Below, piece after piece: positions 1 through 11,968 of a stretch of DNA of 64,000 nucleotides (its first letter is position 1; each line of letters begins with the position of its first letter). Source of the DNA: Octopus sinensis. Lineage: Eukaryota. The notes below the pieces were generated by a model that did not search any database, had not been told where the DNA came from, and saw only the letters and a list, made by a program, of their open reading frames with translations. Both the position numbers and the translations under genes were made by a program. Location of the stretch: the NCBI RefSeq assembly GCF_006345805.1, contig NC_043023.1, forward strand, positions 5,580,001 through 5,644,000, read 5' to 3'.

Positions 1-134
1 AATCCACTCACAAGGCTTTGGTCGGCCCGAGGCTACAGTAGAAGACACTTGCCCAAGGTGCCACGCTGTGGGACTGAACCCGGAACCATGTGGTTGGTAA
101 GCAAGCTACTTACCACACAGCCACTCCTGCGCCT
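1..134 (-). mobile_element. tRNA-derived SINE family A, head
   Basis: Reverse complement of the family A 5' part. Confidence 0.85.
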
Positions 135-628
135 AATGAAAATAATTAAGAAAAAATTTAGTTAGTGTTACTTCCTTGAAATGAATCTGGAACTGGTTAT
201 TACATATGCTCAACGGGAAAGATCACCTGACTGAAGACTAACAGCATCCCCTTTGCTTGCTATAAATAAACTCTGTTACCTAGCGAAGGAGATGACAAGG
301 TGCTGATCTAAGGTTCAAGGGGAGAGAAGGTGAGAATTGATATGTTGCAATGAAACAGATAGCACTCTCAACTAAAGGCGACCGACAACAGCTCAGTTAG
401 TTTAGTTTCAACAATATTTCTTCAAAAGAAAAAAAAATGGAGAAATGTTTTGTGAAAAAAAAAAAAAAGAAACAGCAAGCATTAAAATCGGTTTTGGCAA
501 ATCTGTTTCGGTTTTACTGATCATAATATAAAACCGGTTTTGAGGCCTAGTCACAACACCCAGGCAACACCAGGGTGCATTGCTAGTGTGTGTATGTATG
601 TATATATAATATATATATATTATATATA

Positions 629-667
<39 letters not shown>

Positions 668-1057
668 CACACACACACATACACACTGTATCTCACAGAA
701 GTATGTACACTCAAAATTGCCATTACTCTGATAATATTAAAGGAAATCAAACGAAATTTATACTGAATAAAATATATTATACATGCAAACATTATACAAA
801 TTTGGAACACAAAACAATAAACATTTTCAAAGATATGAATGAAATATTAATTTTACAAAAAAAAAATTGTCTGATTTCACTGAAATAGGTATTTAATTCT
901 GAGCAAATAACTGGATGATAATGTTTGACTAAATCTTCCAGCATCACCAGTGATTAATACAAAAAAAAAAAATAATAATTGCAGCATTGAAGGTGTTTAT
1001 AAGCCATTTAAGAAACACAAAATCTGTTAGATTTACTTCAACATATAAATTTTATTT

Positions 1058-1098
1058 GTCAAAATATTTTCGTCGCTTTGAGACCGCGACCTGTTCAC
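1058..1098 (-). ncRNA. Hammerhead-like cassette with G3-C8 core (stem I 5' strand lost)
   Basis: GUGAACA-G-GUCGC-GGUCUCAAA-GCGAC-GAAA-AUAU-UU-UGAC; sister copy 43511-43555 supplies GUCA for stem I. Confidence 0.5.
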
Positions 1099-1145
1099 TT
1101 TTCCAAGTCCTTTGATTTTATTAACGATATTATTTTCTTTTCTTT

Positions 1146-1526
1146 TATCCTTTATCTTTTACTTGTTTCAGTCATTTGACTGCGGCCATGCTGGAGCACC
1201 GCCTTTAGTCGAGCAAATTGACCCCGGGACTTATTCTTTGTAAGCCCAGTACTTATTCTATCGGTCTATTTTGCCGAACCGCTAAGTGACGGGGACGTAT
1301 TCATACCAGCATCGGTTGTCAAGCAATGCTAGGGGGACAAACACAGACACACAAACACTCATATACATATATACGACAGGCTTCTTTCAGTTTCCGTCTA
1401 CCAAATCCACTCACAAGGCATAGGTCGGCCCGGGGCTATAGCAGAAGACACTTGCCCAAGATGCCACGCAGTGGGACTGAACCCGGAACCATGTGGTTGG
1501 TTAGCAAGCTACTTACCACACAGCCA
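1146..1526 (-). mobile_element. SINE family A
   Basis: Near-full-length copy. Confidence 0.88.
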
Positions 1527-1575
1527 TGATATTTTTTCAAATACTGTTTGTTATTTTCTCTGTTTTTCTTTGCAG

Positions 1576-1662
1576 TCCATTTCCGATATGTTGTGTTCCG
1601 ACCTTACATGGATGAAATCCTCGTTGGGAAAATCAAAGGCAGCAGTAAAGACGGAGTGCAAG
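1576..1662 (+). CDS. POLR3H: RNA polymerase III subunit RPC8, internal coding exon (upstream exons outside window)
   Basis: TTTGCAG acceptor, GTAATG donor; (V)[28 protein letters not shown] matches RPC8; phases 1/1 join the next exon. Confidence 0.93.
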
Positions 1663-1744
1663 GTAATGTCTGGTGTTCTTTCTGGGTTTTGGAATAAATT
1701 TAACCCTTTAGCATTCAGATTACTCTGCTCTCAAATATTGGCAT

Positions 1745-2058
1745 CCGTGCTAGTGGAGCACTAAGAGCACCATCCAAGTGTGATTGTTACCAGCGTCGCT
1801 TTACTGGCACTTGTGCCGGTGTGCAGGTGGCACATGAAAAAAAAAAATTGGGGCTTGGCCGTTGCCAGTACCACCTGACTGGCCCTCGTGCCGGTGGTAC
1901 GTAAAAACACCCACTCCACTCTCGGAGTGGTTGGCATTAGGAAGGGCATCCAGCTGTAGAAACTCTGCCAGATCAAGATTGGAGCCTGGTACAGCCATCT
2001 GGTTCGCCAGTCCTCAGTCAAATCATCCAACCCATGTTAGCATGGAAAGCAGACGTTA
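1745..2058 (+). mobile_element. Retroposon family D (GAT-tailed, internal 62-bp module)
   Basis: AGGAAGGGCATCCAGCTGTAG...CCAACCCATG...GACGTTAA 3' end; similar copies at 9180-9600(-), 12515-12950, 24975-25456, 47075-47231, 53675-54128, 59896-60265(-). Confidence 0.8.
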
Positions 2059-2648
2059 AGACGGTCATTCGGAATGCTCACAGCAGCCATATTCCTACTG
2101 CTCTATGTCACACAGTTGAGACCCATATTGGAGTACGGGATTCAAGCCTCTTCTCCTTATCTCCTCAAAGACATACAGCATCTCGAAAGAGTCCAGAAGC
2201 TGACTACCCACATGGTTCTTGGCCTCAAGCATTTGCCTTATGAAGAAAGGCTGAAGACGCTCGACCTTTATTCTCTAGAAAAACGCCGCCGCCGTGGTGA
2301 TCTCATTCTTGCTCACAACATCATAAGCGGAAAGTGTAACCTCTCGAAAGAGCTGTTCTTCACTCCTGCTCCAGAGCGTCGGCTGCGGGGTCACTCCGAA
2401 AAGCTCTATCTACGACAATTTCATCTCAATCGAAGGAGAGGGGCTTTCTCTGTCCAGGTTGCAGATCCGTGGAATAAGCTGCCAGACGAGATGGTGAAGA
2501 TGCCGATGACCGCTCGGTTCAAAGTCTCCCTTGACCTCAAGTGGCCTGAACTATTTACATGAACACCCTCCCTGTACATAACTCCATGTCCCCCTACATG
2601 GCCTTGCTTTTTGCTTTTTGAGCCAAAAAATGAACTAACTAACTAACA
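2059..2648 (+). mobile_element. 5'-truncated CR1/L2-type LINE (RT C-terminus, 3' UTR, (AACT)n tail)
   Basis: ORF 2074-2562 LRPILEYG...LERVQK...LYSLEKRRRRGDLI...WNKLP; AACT repeats at 2631-2648. Confidence 0.9.
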
Positions 2649-3200
2649 TGATGATGATGATGACTTGTTCTGAATTAATTGTGTATTATCTCATAGCTTT
2701 GAGATTTTTATGAGTCAACTGTTAAACTTTAGAATGACATTGTAGGATTGATGCGAGAAGTCAGATCTGGCTGGTTTAAACATAAAGCTAATTGAATATT
2801 TGGGCTGGATACGGTCGATTTAACTCTTTAGCCGTCACATTATTCTGTCAAAAGTAATCCTTATTTATCCACATAGTTTTGAATTAATCTTGCATTATCT
2901 CATAGCTTTGGGATTCCGAGGTGATTGTTTCTTTTTAGAATGACATTTTAGGGTAGGTGTGCAGGGCTGGATCTGGCCAGTTTTAACATAAAAACTGGTA
3001 GAATATTTTGGCCAGATATGGCCAGTTTAACTCTTTAGCATTCAGACCTCTCATCACTCTATCAAATGTGATGCTTATTTATTTACATTGTTTTGAATTA
3101 ATCATGCATTATCTTGTAGCTTTGAGATTTTGATGAGGCAACTGTTAAATTTTAGACTGATATTTTAGGGCAACTGTACAGCTAGATCTGGCCAGTTTAA

Positions 3201-3672
3201 CCCTTTCGTTACCAACCCCGCTGAAACCAGCTCTAGCTCTGAGTACAAATGTCTTGTTTTCATAAGTTTTGAATTAAAATCTTCCACCAAACCTTAGTCA
3301 CAATTTATGTTCCTAACACTAGCTGAATGATAACTAAGTTATTTTACTAAATTCTTTGTTATATTTAAAATTAATTGAAAGAAACACAGAGCATCTCAAC
3401 AAAATACGGTAACAAAAGGGTTAAGATATATAATAGAGAAACATTTCTTAACCCTTTTGATACTAATCCCACTGAAACTGCCTCTGGCTCTGAGTACAAA
3501 TGTCTTGTTTCCATAAGTTCTGAATTAAAATCTTCCACCAAACCTTAGTCACAATTTATGTTCCTAACACTGGCTGAATGATAACTAAGTTATTTTACTA
3601 AATTCTTTGTTATATTTAAAATTAATTGAAAGAAACACAGAGCATCTCAAAATAAATACAGTAATGAAAGGG
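3201..3672 (+). mobile_element. Head-to-tail pair of about 220-bp piggyBac-type MITEs (3201-3420, 3452-3672)
   Basis: TTAA flanks; CCCTTT...AAAGGG termini. Confidence 0.85.
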
Positions 3673-3989
3673 TTAAATACTAAAGGATTAAGGAATAGAA
3701 TTTGAATGTGGTTTAACCCTAGAAGGGTCCTGATCCAGCAGACATTTGATCAAAGACATATAACCCTTGACTATTTTATTTTTTAATTCATTGTGTAGGA
3801 CTACAGTATGGTATAATATTATCGGTTATGGTAGTTTAGCCCCATAACCAATAATTGTTTAGCCCCAGGTCAGTCCTGATCCAGCAGACTTATGATCAAA
3901 GATGTTCCAGCTGTGACCATTCCACTTTAAGAAAGGATGGTCACTACTGAAACATCTTTGATCTCAGGTCTGACCTTGGGCTAAATATC

Positions 3990-4300
3990 AACAACTACTA
4001 TAAGTACTATTACTAACTGCTGTATTATACATTAGACAATGCAGTCCTAGATACATTATGCCTAAGTCAAAGATAGGGTGGTCACAGTTGGAACACCTTT
4101 GATCATAGGTCTTCTGGATCAGAACTGACCTGGGGCTAAGCAGCAACAACAACAACTATAGACACTAATACTAACTATTATACTACACATTAGATAATGT
4201 AGTCCTTGATACACTATGCTTGAATCAAAGAAAAGATGATCACAGCTCGAACATCTTTGATCACATGTCTACTGGATGAGGATTGACCTGGGGTTAAACA
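3990..4300 (+). repeat. About 125-bp tandem satellite, 3 units
   Basis: TACATTAGATAATGTAGTCCTAGATAC...GACCTGGGGCTAAAC units. Confidence 0.75.
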
Positions 4301-4376
4301 AAAGCAAATCTTTTCACCATTCCTATCAATCATTCCAGTGGTTCAATCTTCATCCTCTCATTTACTCTCATTTCAG

Positions 4377-4440
4377 TTTCCCTGGGGTTTTTTGATGACA
4401 TCCTGATTCCAAGTGATGCCCTACAGCACCCTTCCAGATT
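4377..4440 (+). CDS. POLR3H: RPC8 coding exon
   Basis: TTTCAG acceptor; (V)SLGFFDDILIPSDALQHPSR(F); donor GTATCCTTT. Confidence 0.95.
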
Positions 4441-5023
4441 GTATCCTTTCACTGAACTCTAGCCGCCCAGGACTCTTTACTGTACATAGGGCTCCAAGAT
4501 TCTTGAAGGGGAGGGAGTGAAGAAGTTATCCTGAAACCAGAGGTCTCACCTGAATGTTAGCAATTGTGAACTCCACTAAAAGCAGCCGAGGGCTAGTTTG
4601 TGGGGTTAACCCTTTTGTTACCATATTTCTATTGAAATACATTGCCTTTAACTTTCACTTGTTTCAGTTATTGAACTATGACCATGCTGGAGCACTTCTT
4701 TGAAGAGTTTAGTTGAACAAATCTACATCAGTACCTATTTTTAGGTATTTAGTCTGTCGGTCTTTTACAAAATTACCAAATTATGGAGGCATTAACACAC
4801 TAACACTAGCTCTTAAGCAGTGGTGGGAGACAAACACAAAGACACACGCACACATGAGGAGGCTACCCAAAAGAAACCAGAATTTTGCAGCATTATTTTC
4901 TTCGCCTAGTTTTACATGTTTACACATTTATTGTCTTCAAAGTATTTTCCATTTGAAGCAATGCATCGGTCCAGACTCATTTTCCACTGTTCAAAGCAAA
5001 GCGATGCCTTTTAACGCCTCTCT

Positions 5024-5406
5024 CTTTACTTGTTTCAGTCATTTGACTGCGGCCATGCTGGAGCACCGCCTTTAATCGAGCAACTCGACCCCGGGACTTA
5101 TTCTTTGTAAGCCCAGTACTTATTCTATTGGTCTCTTTTGCCGAACCGCTAAATGACGGGGACGTAAACACACCAGCATCAGTTGTCAAGCAATGCTAGG
5201 GGGACAAACACAGACACACAAACACATATATATACATATATACGACGGACTTCTTTCAGTTTCCATCTACCAAATCCACTCACAAGGCTTTGGTCGGCCC
5301 GAGGCTATAGTAGAAGACACTTGCCAAAGGTGTCATATAGTGGGACTAAACCTGGAACCATGCAGTTGGTAAGCAAGCTACTTACCACACAGCCACTCCT
5401 GCGCCT
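5024..5406 (-). mobile_element. SINE family A
   Basis: Full-length copy. Confidence 0.88.
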
Positions 5407-6082
5407 CCATACTTTTTTTCCTTCACCTCTTCCACATTTGCAAATTCTGTAGCACCAGCTTTCATCACCAGTGATGACTTTTGGAAAAAAGGTCCAGATC
5501 AATTTCCGACACACCATGGCTATAGTAGAAGACACTTGCCTAAGTGGGACTGAACCCGGAACCATGTGGTTGGTAAACAAGCTACTTACCACACAGCCAC
5601 TATACACACACACACACAATGGGCTGCTTTCAGTTTCTGTCACCTAAATCCACTCACAAGGGTTTGTCAGTATGCAGTTATAGTAGAAAACACTTGCTCA
5701 CGATGCATGGTGCCATACAAGGGGACTGAACCTCAGAATACATGACTGGCTGGCAAGCATGTTTAACCACACAGCCATGCCTGCAAATGTTTTTCTACTA
5801 TAGCCCTAGGCTAACCAAATTCTTGTGAGTGGATTTGGTTGATGGAAACTTAAAGAAGCCTGTTGTTTGTGTGTCTGTGTGTTTGTCCTTTACTATTGCT
5901 TGACAGCTAGTGCTGGTTTGCTTACATCATAACTTAGTGGTTCAGCAAAAGAGACTGATAGAATAAGTACTAGGATCAGTTTGTTTGACTAAGCACTGCC
6001 ATGCAGTGCCCCAGTATGGCTACAGTCCAGTGACTGAAACAAAAAATGTGTGTGTATTTATATGTGCATGTATGTATGTGTT

Positions 6083-6113
<31 letters not shown>

Positions 6114-6374
6114 TTTATTTGTTTCAGTTATTTTGACTGTGGCCATGCTGGTGCACTGCCTTTAGTCGAACAAATCAACCGCAGGACTTATTCTTTGTAA
6201 TCCTAGTACTTATTCTATCAGTTTCTTTTGCCGAATTGCTAAGTTACAGGGATGTAAACACACCAACATCGGTTGTCAAGCGGTGGTGGGGGGGACAAAC
6301 ACGCAGACACACAAAAATATGCACACACACACACACACACACACAGACACATACATGTCTGTATGTATATGTGT

Positions 6375-6738
6375 GTTTAGTAAGTAGCTTGCTTACCAAC
6401 CATACAGTTCCGGGTTTAGTCCCACTGCGTGGCACCTTGAGCAAGTGTCTTCTACTATAGCCTCAGGCCAACCAAAGCCTTGTGAGTGGATCGGTAGATG
6501 GAAACTGAAAGAAGCCTGTCATATATATGTGTGTTTGTGTGTCTGTTCTTGTCCCTCCAACATCGCTTGACAACCGATGCTGGTGTGTTTACGTCCCCGT
6601 AACTTAGCAGTTTGGCAAAAGAGACCAATAGAATAAGTACTAGGCTTACAAAGAATAAGTCCTAGGGTGGATTTGCTCGACTAAAGGCAGTGCTCCAGCA
6701 TGGCCATAGTCACATGACTGAAACAAGTAAAAGAGAGT
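6375..6738 (+). mobile_element. SINE family A
   Basis: Head slightly truncated; inverted partial copy at about 6110-6330. Confidence 0.85.
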
Positions 6739-6761
6739 AAAAGATATGTGTATATATATGT

Positions 6762-6805
<44 letters not shown>

Positions 6806-7116
6806 GGTGAAAGAGGAAAATATTCTGTATAATCAGTAATAATTCACAGGGAAGTACATTAATTCTGATTACCATCAGGAAACTAATGTTTAGGATCATC
6901 TTACAGTTGAGGGAGAACCCTACTCTCTCTGTTTCTATAGTCTTGGATGGAGATTAAAGACCAAACCGTTAGATTCTAGCTCTTCATGTCGGGTGGACCG
7001 GTCCAGTTTTTCCCCAGAGGTAAAACAGAGATAGTGATGTGTGATTTACACAGTACTCTTTGCTGTTATGTCACAAGGTTGTGTTTGAACCCTTGACTCA
7101 ATTGTTAACTGTGTAG

Positions 7117-7203
7117 CGATGAACAGGAGCAGTTGTGGGTGTGGTTGTACGAGGCAGAAGACGAAAAGCACGATTTGTTTATGGACATTGGTGAAGAAAT
7201 CAG
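7117..7203 (+). CDS. POLR3H: RPC8 coding exon
   Basis: (F)[28 protein letters not shown](R); TGTAG acceptor, GTATCA donor; frame continuous with both neighbours. Confidence 0.93.
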
Positions 7204-7329
7204 GTATCAGTCACTGCTTATATGTTTGAATTAGTTATCATTATCACTGCCATCAGCATCATCGTTATCATATCATCATTACTGTTCTTAATAGCAGTCA
7301 TCATTATCGCTATTGTTATTGTCATTACC

Positions 7330-8035
7330 ATCATCATCATCATCGTTTAACGTCCATTTTCCATGCTAGCACGAGTTGGATGATTCAACCGGGGTCTGGG
7401 AAGCCAGGAGGCTGCACCAGGTTCCAGTCTGATCTGGCAGTGTTTCTACAGCTGGATGCCCTTCCTAATTCCAACCACTCCATGAGTGTAGTCGGTGCTT
7501 TTTATGTGCCACTGGCACAGGGGCCAGAGGAGGCTGGCAATGGCCACAATCGGTTGGTGCTTTTGACGTACCACCAGCACAGGGGCCAGAGGAGGCTGGC
7601 AATGGCCACAATCGGTTGGTGCTTTTGACGTACCACCGGCACAGGGGCCAGAGGAGGCTGGCAACGGCCACAATCGGTTGGTGCTTTTGACGTACCACCG
7701 GCACAGGGGCCAGAGGAGGCTGGCAATGGCCACAATCGGTTGGTGCTTTTTATGTACCACCGGCACAGGGGCCAGAGGAGGCTGGCAACGGCCACAATCG
7801 GTTGGTGCTTTTGACGTACCACCGGCACAGGGGCCAGAGGAGGCTGGCAATGGCCACAATCGGTTGGTGCTTTTTATGTACCACCGGCACAGGGGCCAGA
7901 GGAGGCTGGCAACGGCCACAATCGGTTGGTGCTTTTTATGTACCACCGGCACAGGGGCCAGAGGAAGCTGGCAATGGCCACGATCGGTTAGTGCTTTTTA
8001 CATACCACCGGCATGGAAGCCAGTTTCCCAGTTTT
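7330..8035 (-). mobile_element. Family D with about 8 tandem 62-bp units (7495-8010)
   Basis: Unit ACCGGCACAGGGGCCAGAGGAGGCTGGCAATGGCCACAATCGGTTGGTGCTTTT repeated. Confidence 0.88.
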
Positions 8036-9793
8036 TAGTTACACCATCCAATCCATGCCAACCTGGAAAACAGACATTAAATGATGAAGATCATGGTGGT
8101 GACCATCATTACTATTATTGTTTAACGTCTGCTTTCAATGCTGTCATAGGTTGGGCAGTTTGACATGACACTGGCTAGCAAGGAGCTGTCCAAACTCAAA
8201 TTGTCTGTTGTGGCATGGTTTCTATGGCTGGATGCCCTTCCTGATGACAACCTCTTAACAAAGGGTGCTGGGTGCTTCTTATGTGTCACCAGCATGGGTG
8301 TACTTACACAGCACCCATGCCTGAAAGACACCGATTTTACTCAGCTTGATGCATTTTATCAAATACTGCAGATCGTCACATCTCTCGGGCCCTTGTCATT
8401 TCCTCAGTGAGGCCTGGTGTCCAAAGATCCTTTCTCACCACATCTTCCTGGGTCTACCCCTTCCACAATTAGAACTCGACACTTCTTTATGCACCTATCC
8501 TCATCTATACGCATTATTATTATGGTGGCAAGCTGACAGAGTTGTTTGCATGCTGGTCAAAATGCTTCGTGGTATTTTGTCTGTTACTACATTCTAGGGT
8601 CAACTTTGCCTTTCATCATTTAGGGCTCGATAAATTAAGTACCAGTGAAATACTGGGGTCGATCTAATCCACTAGTCCCTTCCCAACAAATTTCAGGCCT
8701 TGTGCCTATGGTAGAAAGGATTATTATTATTATTATTATTATGAAGGTGGCAAGCTGGCAGAATTGTTAGCACACCAGATGAAGTACTTAGTGGTATTTT
8801 GCCTGTTGCTATGTTCTGAGTTCAAATTCCACCAAAGTTGGCTTTATCCTTCATCCTTTCGGGGTTGAGAAAATAAATACCAATTCAACACTGGGGTTGA
8901 TGTAATTGACTTGTTCCTTCCCCCAAAATTGCTGCCTTTGTGGCAAAATTTGAACCATTATTATTCTGAGCTGGCAGAATTGTTAGCACGCCAGGTGAAA
9001 TGCTTAGCATATTTCGGCAATCTTTATGTTCTGCATTCAGATTCTGTTGAGGTTGACTTTGCTTTTCATCCTTTCAGGATTGATAAAATAAGTACCAGTT
9101 GAGCTCTGGGGTCAATGTAATTGACTTACCCCTTTCCCTGAAATTGCTAGCCTTGTGCCAAAATGTGAAATAGTATCATCATAATCATCGTCATTTAACA
9201 TCAGCTTTCCATGGGTTGGACGATTTGACTGAGGACTGGCGAACCAGATAGTTGCACCAGGCTCCAATCTTGATCTGGCAGAATCTCTACAGCTGGATGC
9301 CCTTCCTAACGCCAACCACTCTGAGGGTGTAGTGGGTACTTTTACGTACCACCGGCATGAGGGCCAGTCTGGCGGTACTGGCAACAGCCACGCCCAAATG
9401 GTGTTTTTTACATGCCACCTGCTCAGGAGTCAGTCAAGTGGCACTGGCAACGACCTTGCTCGAATGTTTCTTTTCACATGCCACCGGCACAAGTGCCAGT
9501 AAGGCAATGCTGGTAAAGATCACGCTTGAATGGTGCTTTTTACGTGCCACCGGCACAGAAGCCAGTTAGCCACTTTGGCAATGATCACGCTTGGATGGTG
9601 CTCATGATGTTGTAGATTGAAGATATTGTGTGTACCAGAGATTTGTACCTTCTGTTGAGTCATGATAATGGCCTCAGACACAAAGTACTTTATGTAGTAT
9701 GCATCCAGTTTCAAGTAAAACAACTCACTAAGATTGTAGGGTATTTCTAAAGTGTTCAGATGTTTTTCAGGTTGGCAGGTATTGAGCCCAATA

Positions 9794-10000
9794 AAGGTGG
9801 CGAGCTGGCAGAATCGTTAGCACGCTGGGCGAAATGCTTCGTGGCATTTCCTCTGCCGCTACATTCTGATTTCAAATTCCGCCGAGGTTGATTAAATAAG
9901 TACCAGTTACGTACTGGGGTCAATATAATCGACTTAATCCGTTTGTCTGTCCTTGTTCGTCCCCTCTGTGTTTAGCCCCTTGTGGGTAGTAAAGAAATAA
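9794..10000 (+). mobile_element. SINE family B
   Basis: GGCGAGCTGGCAGAATCGTTAG head and TTCAAATTCC B-box-like motif; degenerate copies near 8744-9170, 13330-13520, 29791-30010, 45335-45539, 56225-56460. Confidence 0.82.
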
Positions 10001-10539
10001 GTATTGAACCCTATGCTCCAAGGACAGTAGAAACAACCTTTATGTTTGACTGCTGCAGCTTGCTGCTAAGATGTGGCTCTAGGGTCTGAGTTCAAATCTC
10101 ACTGAGGTCAGCTTTTGTTGATCATCATTTTGGTGGAGGGGTGGTGGTCAGTAAAAGAAAGTTACTAGGGTGGATGTAATTGGCTATCCCCTCCCTAACT
10201 AAACATTGCAGGCCTTGTGCAAATATTAGTATAAATTAGGGTTATCATTACCATGGTCATCATCATCATCATCATCATTGTCATAATCACCATTATCATT
10301 GTCATCACCATCTTATCATTGCCGTCATCACTATAATTGTCATCATCATCATTGTCGTCATCACCATAATTATCATCATCATTGTGACCAAAGTAACCAT
10401 TGCTGCTCCTTTCTTTCTCTCTCCTTCCCGCTCTTACTCTCCTTCCTGCTTTTACTCTCCCCTTTTTCCTCTTTCCTTTTAAGTATGCATGTCTCTCAAT
10501 TTATCTCTCCCCTCTTCTTTCTCCTCCTCTGTCTTTTAG

Positions 10540-10654
10540 ATTCCGAGTTGTCGATGAAACATTCGTAGACACAACACCCACAAGCCCAGAAACCGGCACC
10601 GAAGAGACCGATGTCTTGGAATCAGATGCCAAAAAGGTGCCCTACACATTGACT
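10540..10654 (+). CDS. POLR3H: RPC8 coding exon
   Basis: Long pyrimidine tract plus TTTTAG; (R)FRVVDETFVDTTPTSPETGTEETDVLESDAKKVPYTLT; GTGAGT donor. Confidence 0.93.
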
Positions 10655-10819
10655 GTGAGTACATTATGGCCTCTACCTCTGTCCCCAACACCACATTTCC
10701 TTGTCCAGCCTTGTTGACCGGCCCCTCCATAACAAACATACACTCACATGTGTGTATATGTGTGTATGTCTACAAATAGAAATACATGCCATAACTCCCA
10801 AAGCACAGCACTGCCTTAA

Positions 10820-11335
10820 CCCTTTTGTTACCAACCCGACTGAAACCGGTTCTGGCTATATATATATATATATATATATGGGAGAGTGGACAAATGAGAG
10901 AAAAGGGTAGAGTACAAATGTCTCATTTTCATAAGTTTTGAATTAAAATCTTCCACCAAACCTTAGTCACAATTTATGTTCCTAACACTAGCTGAATGAT
11001 AACTAAGTTATCTTACTAAATTCTTTGTTATATTTAAAGTAATTGAAAGAAACACAGAACATCTCAACAGAAATATGGTAACAAAAGGGTTAAGATATAT
11101 AATACAATTCTTAACCCTCTTGATACCAACCCAGCTGAAACCAGCTCTGGCTCTGAGTACAAATGTCTTGTTTTCATAAGTTTTGAATAAAAACCTTCCA
11201 CCAAACCTTAGTTACAATTTATGTTTCTAACACTAGCTGAATGATAACTAAGTTATTTTACTAAATTCTTTGTTATATTTAAAATTAATTGAAAGAAATA
11301 CAGAGCATCTCAAAATAAATACAGTAATGAAAGGG
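10820..11335 (+). mobile_element. Second piggyBac-type MITE pair (10820-11089, 11115-11335)
   Basis: Same family, TTAA flanks; (TA)n insert in the first unit. Confidence 0.85.
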
Positions 11336-11597
11336 TTAAATTTTGCAAAACACCTTCAAACAGTTGATTCACTTACAGCATCATCATCATAAACTTCTCA
11401 AATGTTTTTGCTAGTCTTTGCAGCATTTTCTCATTTTTAAAAAAAGAAAAGCATTACAACACGAATATGAAATTTTTGGTTATCCATTTCAACTGTTAAA
11501 GTTCCGGAAAGTTCTGAGCGTTTTTAAGCTAACTTTTAATGCTTCATTGAACACACCTGAAACATAACACAGTTAAAACTTTGGTCTTGCTTGAAGT

Positions 11598-11968
11598 GAT
11601 ACTCTCTTTTACTTTTCATTTGACTGTGGCCATGCTGGAGCACCACCTTTAGTTGAGCAAATCGACCCCAGTTTCTTTGTAAGCCTAGTACTAATTCTAT
11701 CGGTCTCTTTTGCTGAACTGCTAAGTTATGGGGACGTAAACACACCACCATCGGTTGTCAAGGAATGTTGGGGGGACAAACACACACACACAAACACACA
11801 CATATACATATATACGACAGGCTTCTTTCAGTTTCCATCTACCAAATCCACTCACAAGGCTTTGGTCGGCCCGAGGCTATAATAGAAGACACTTACCCGA
11901 GGTGCCATGCAGTGGGACTGAACCCGGAGCCATGTTGTTCGTAAGCAAGCTACTTACCACACAGCCCC
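11598..11968 (-). mobile_element. SINE family A
   Basis: Near-full-length copy. Confidence 0.85.

Larger units (their letters stand above)
4441..7116 (+). other. POLR3H: U12-type (minor spliceosome) GT-AG intron
   Basis: Donor GTATCCTTTC; branch CCTTGAC at 7091-7097 with its A 20 nt before the AG; no polypyrimidine tract; phase 2. Confidence 0.88.

Noticed and set aside
7204-7212. Second U12 donor (GTATCAGT)
   Set aside because: Lacks the CCT of the U12 consensus, and its acceptor has a normal pyrimidine tract.
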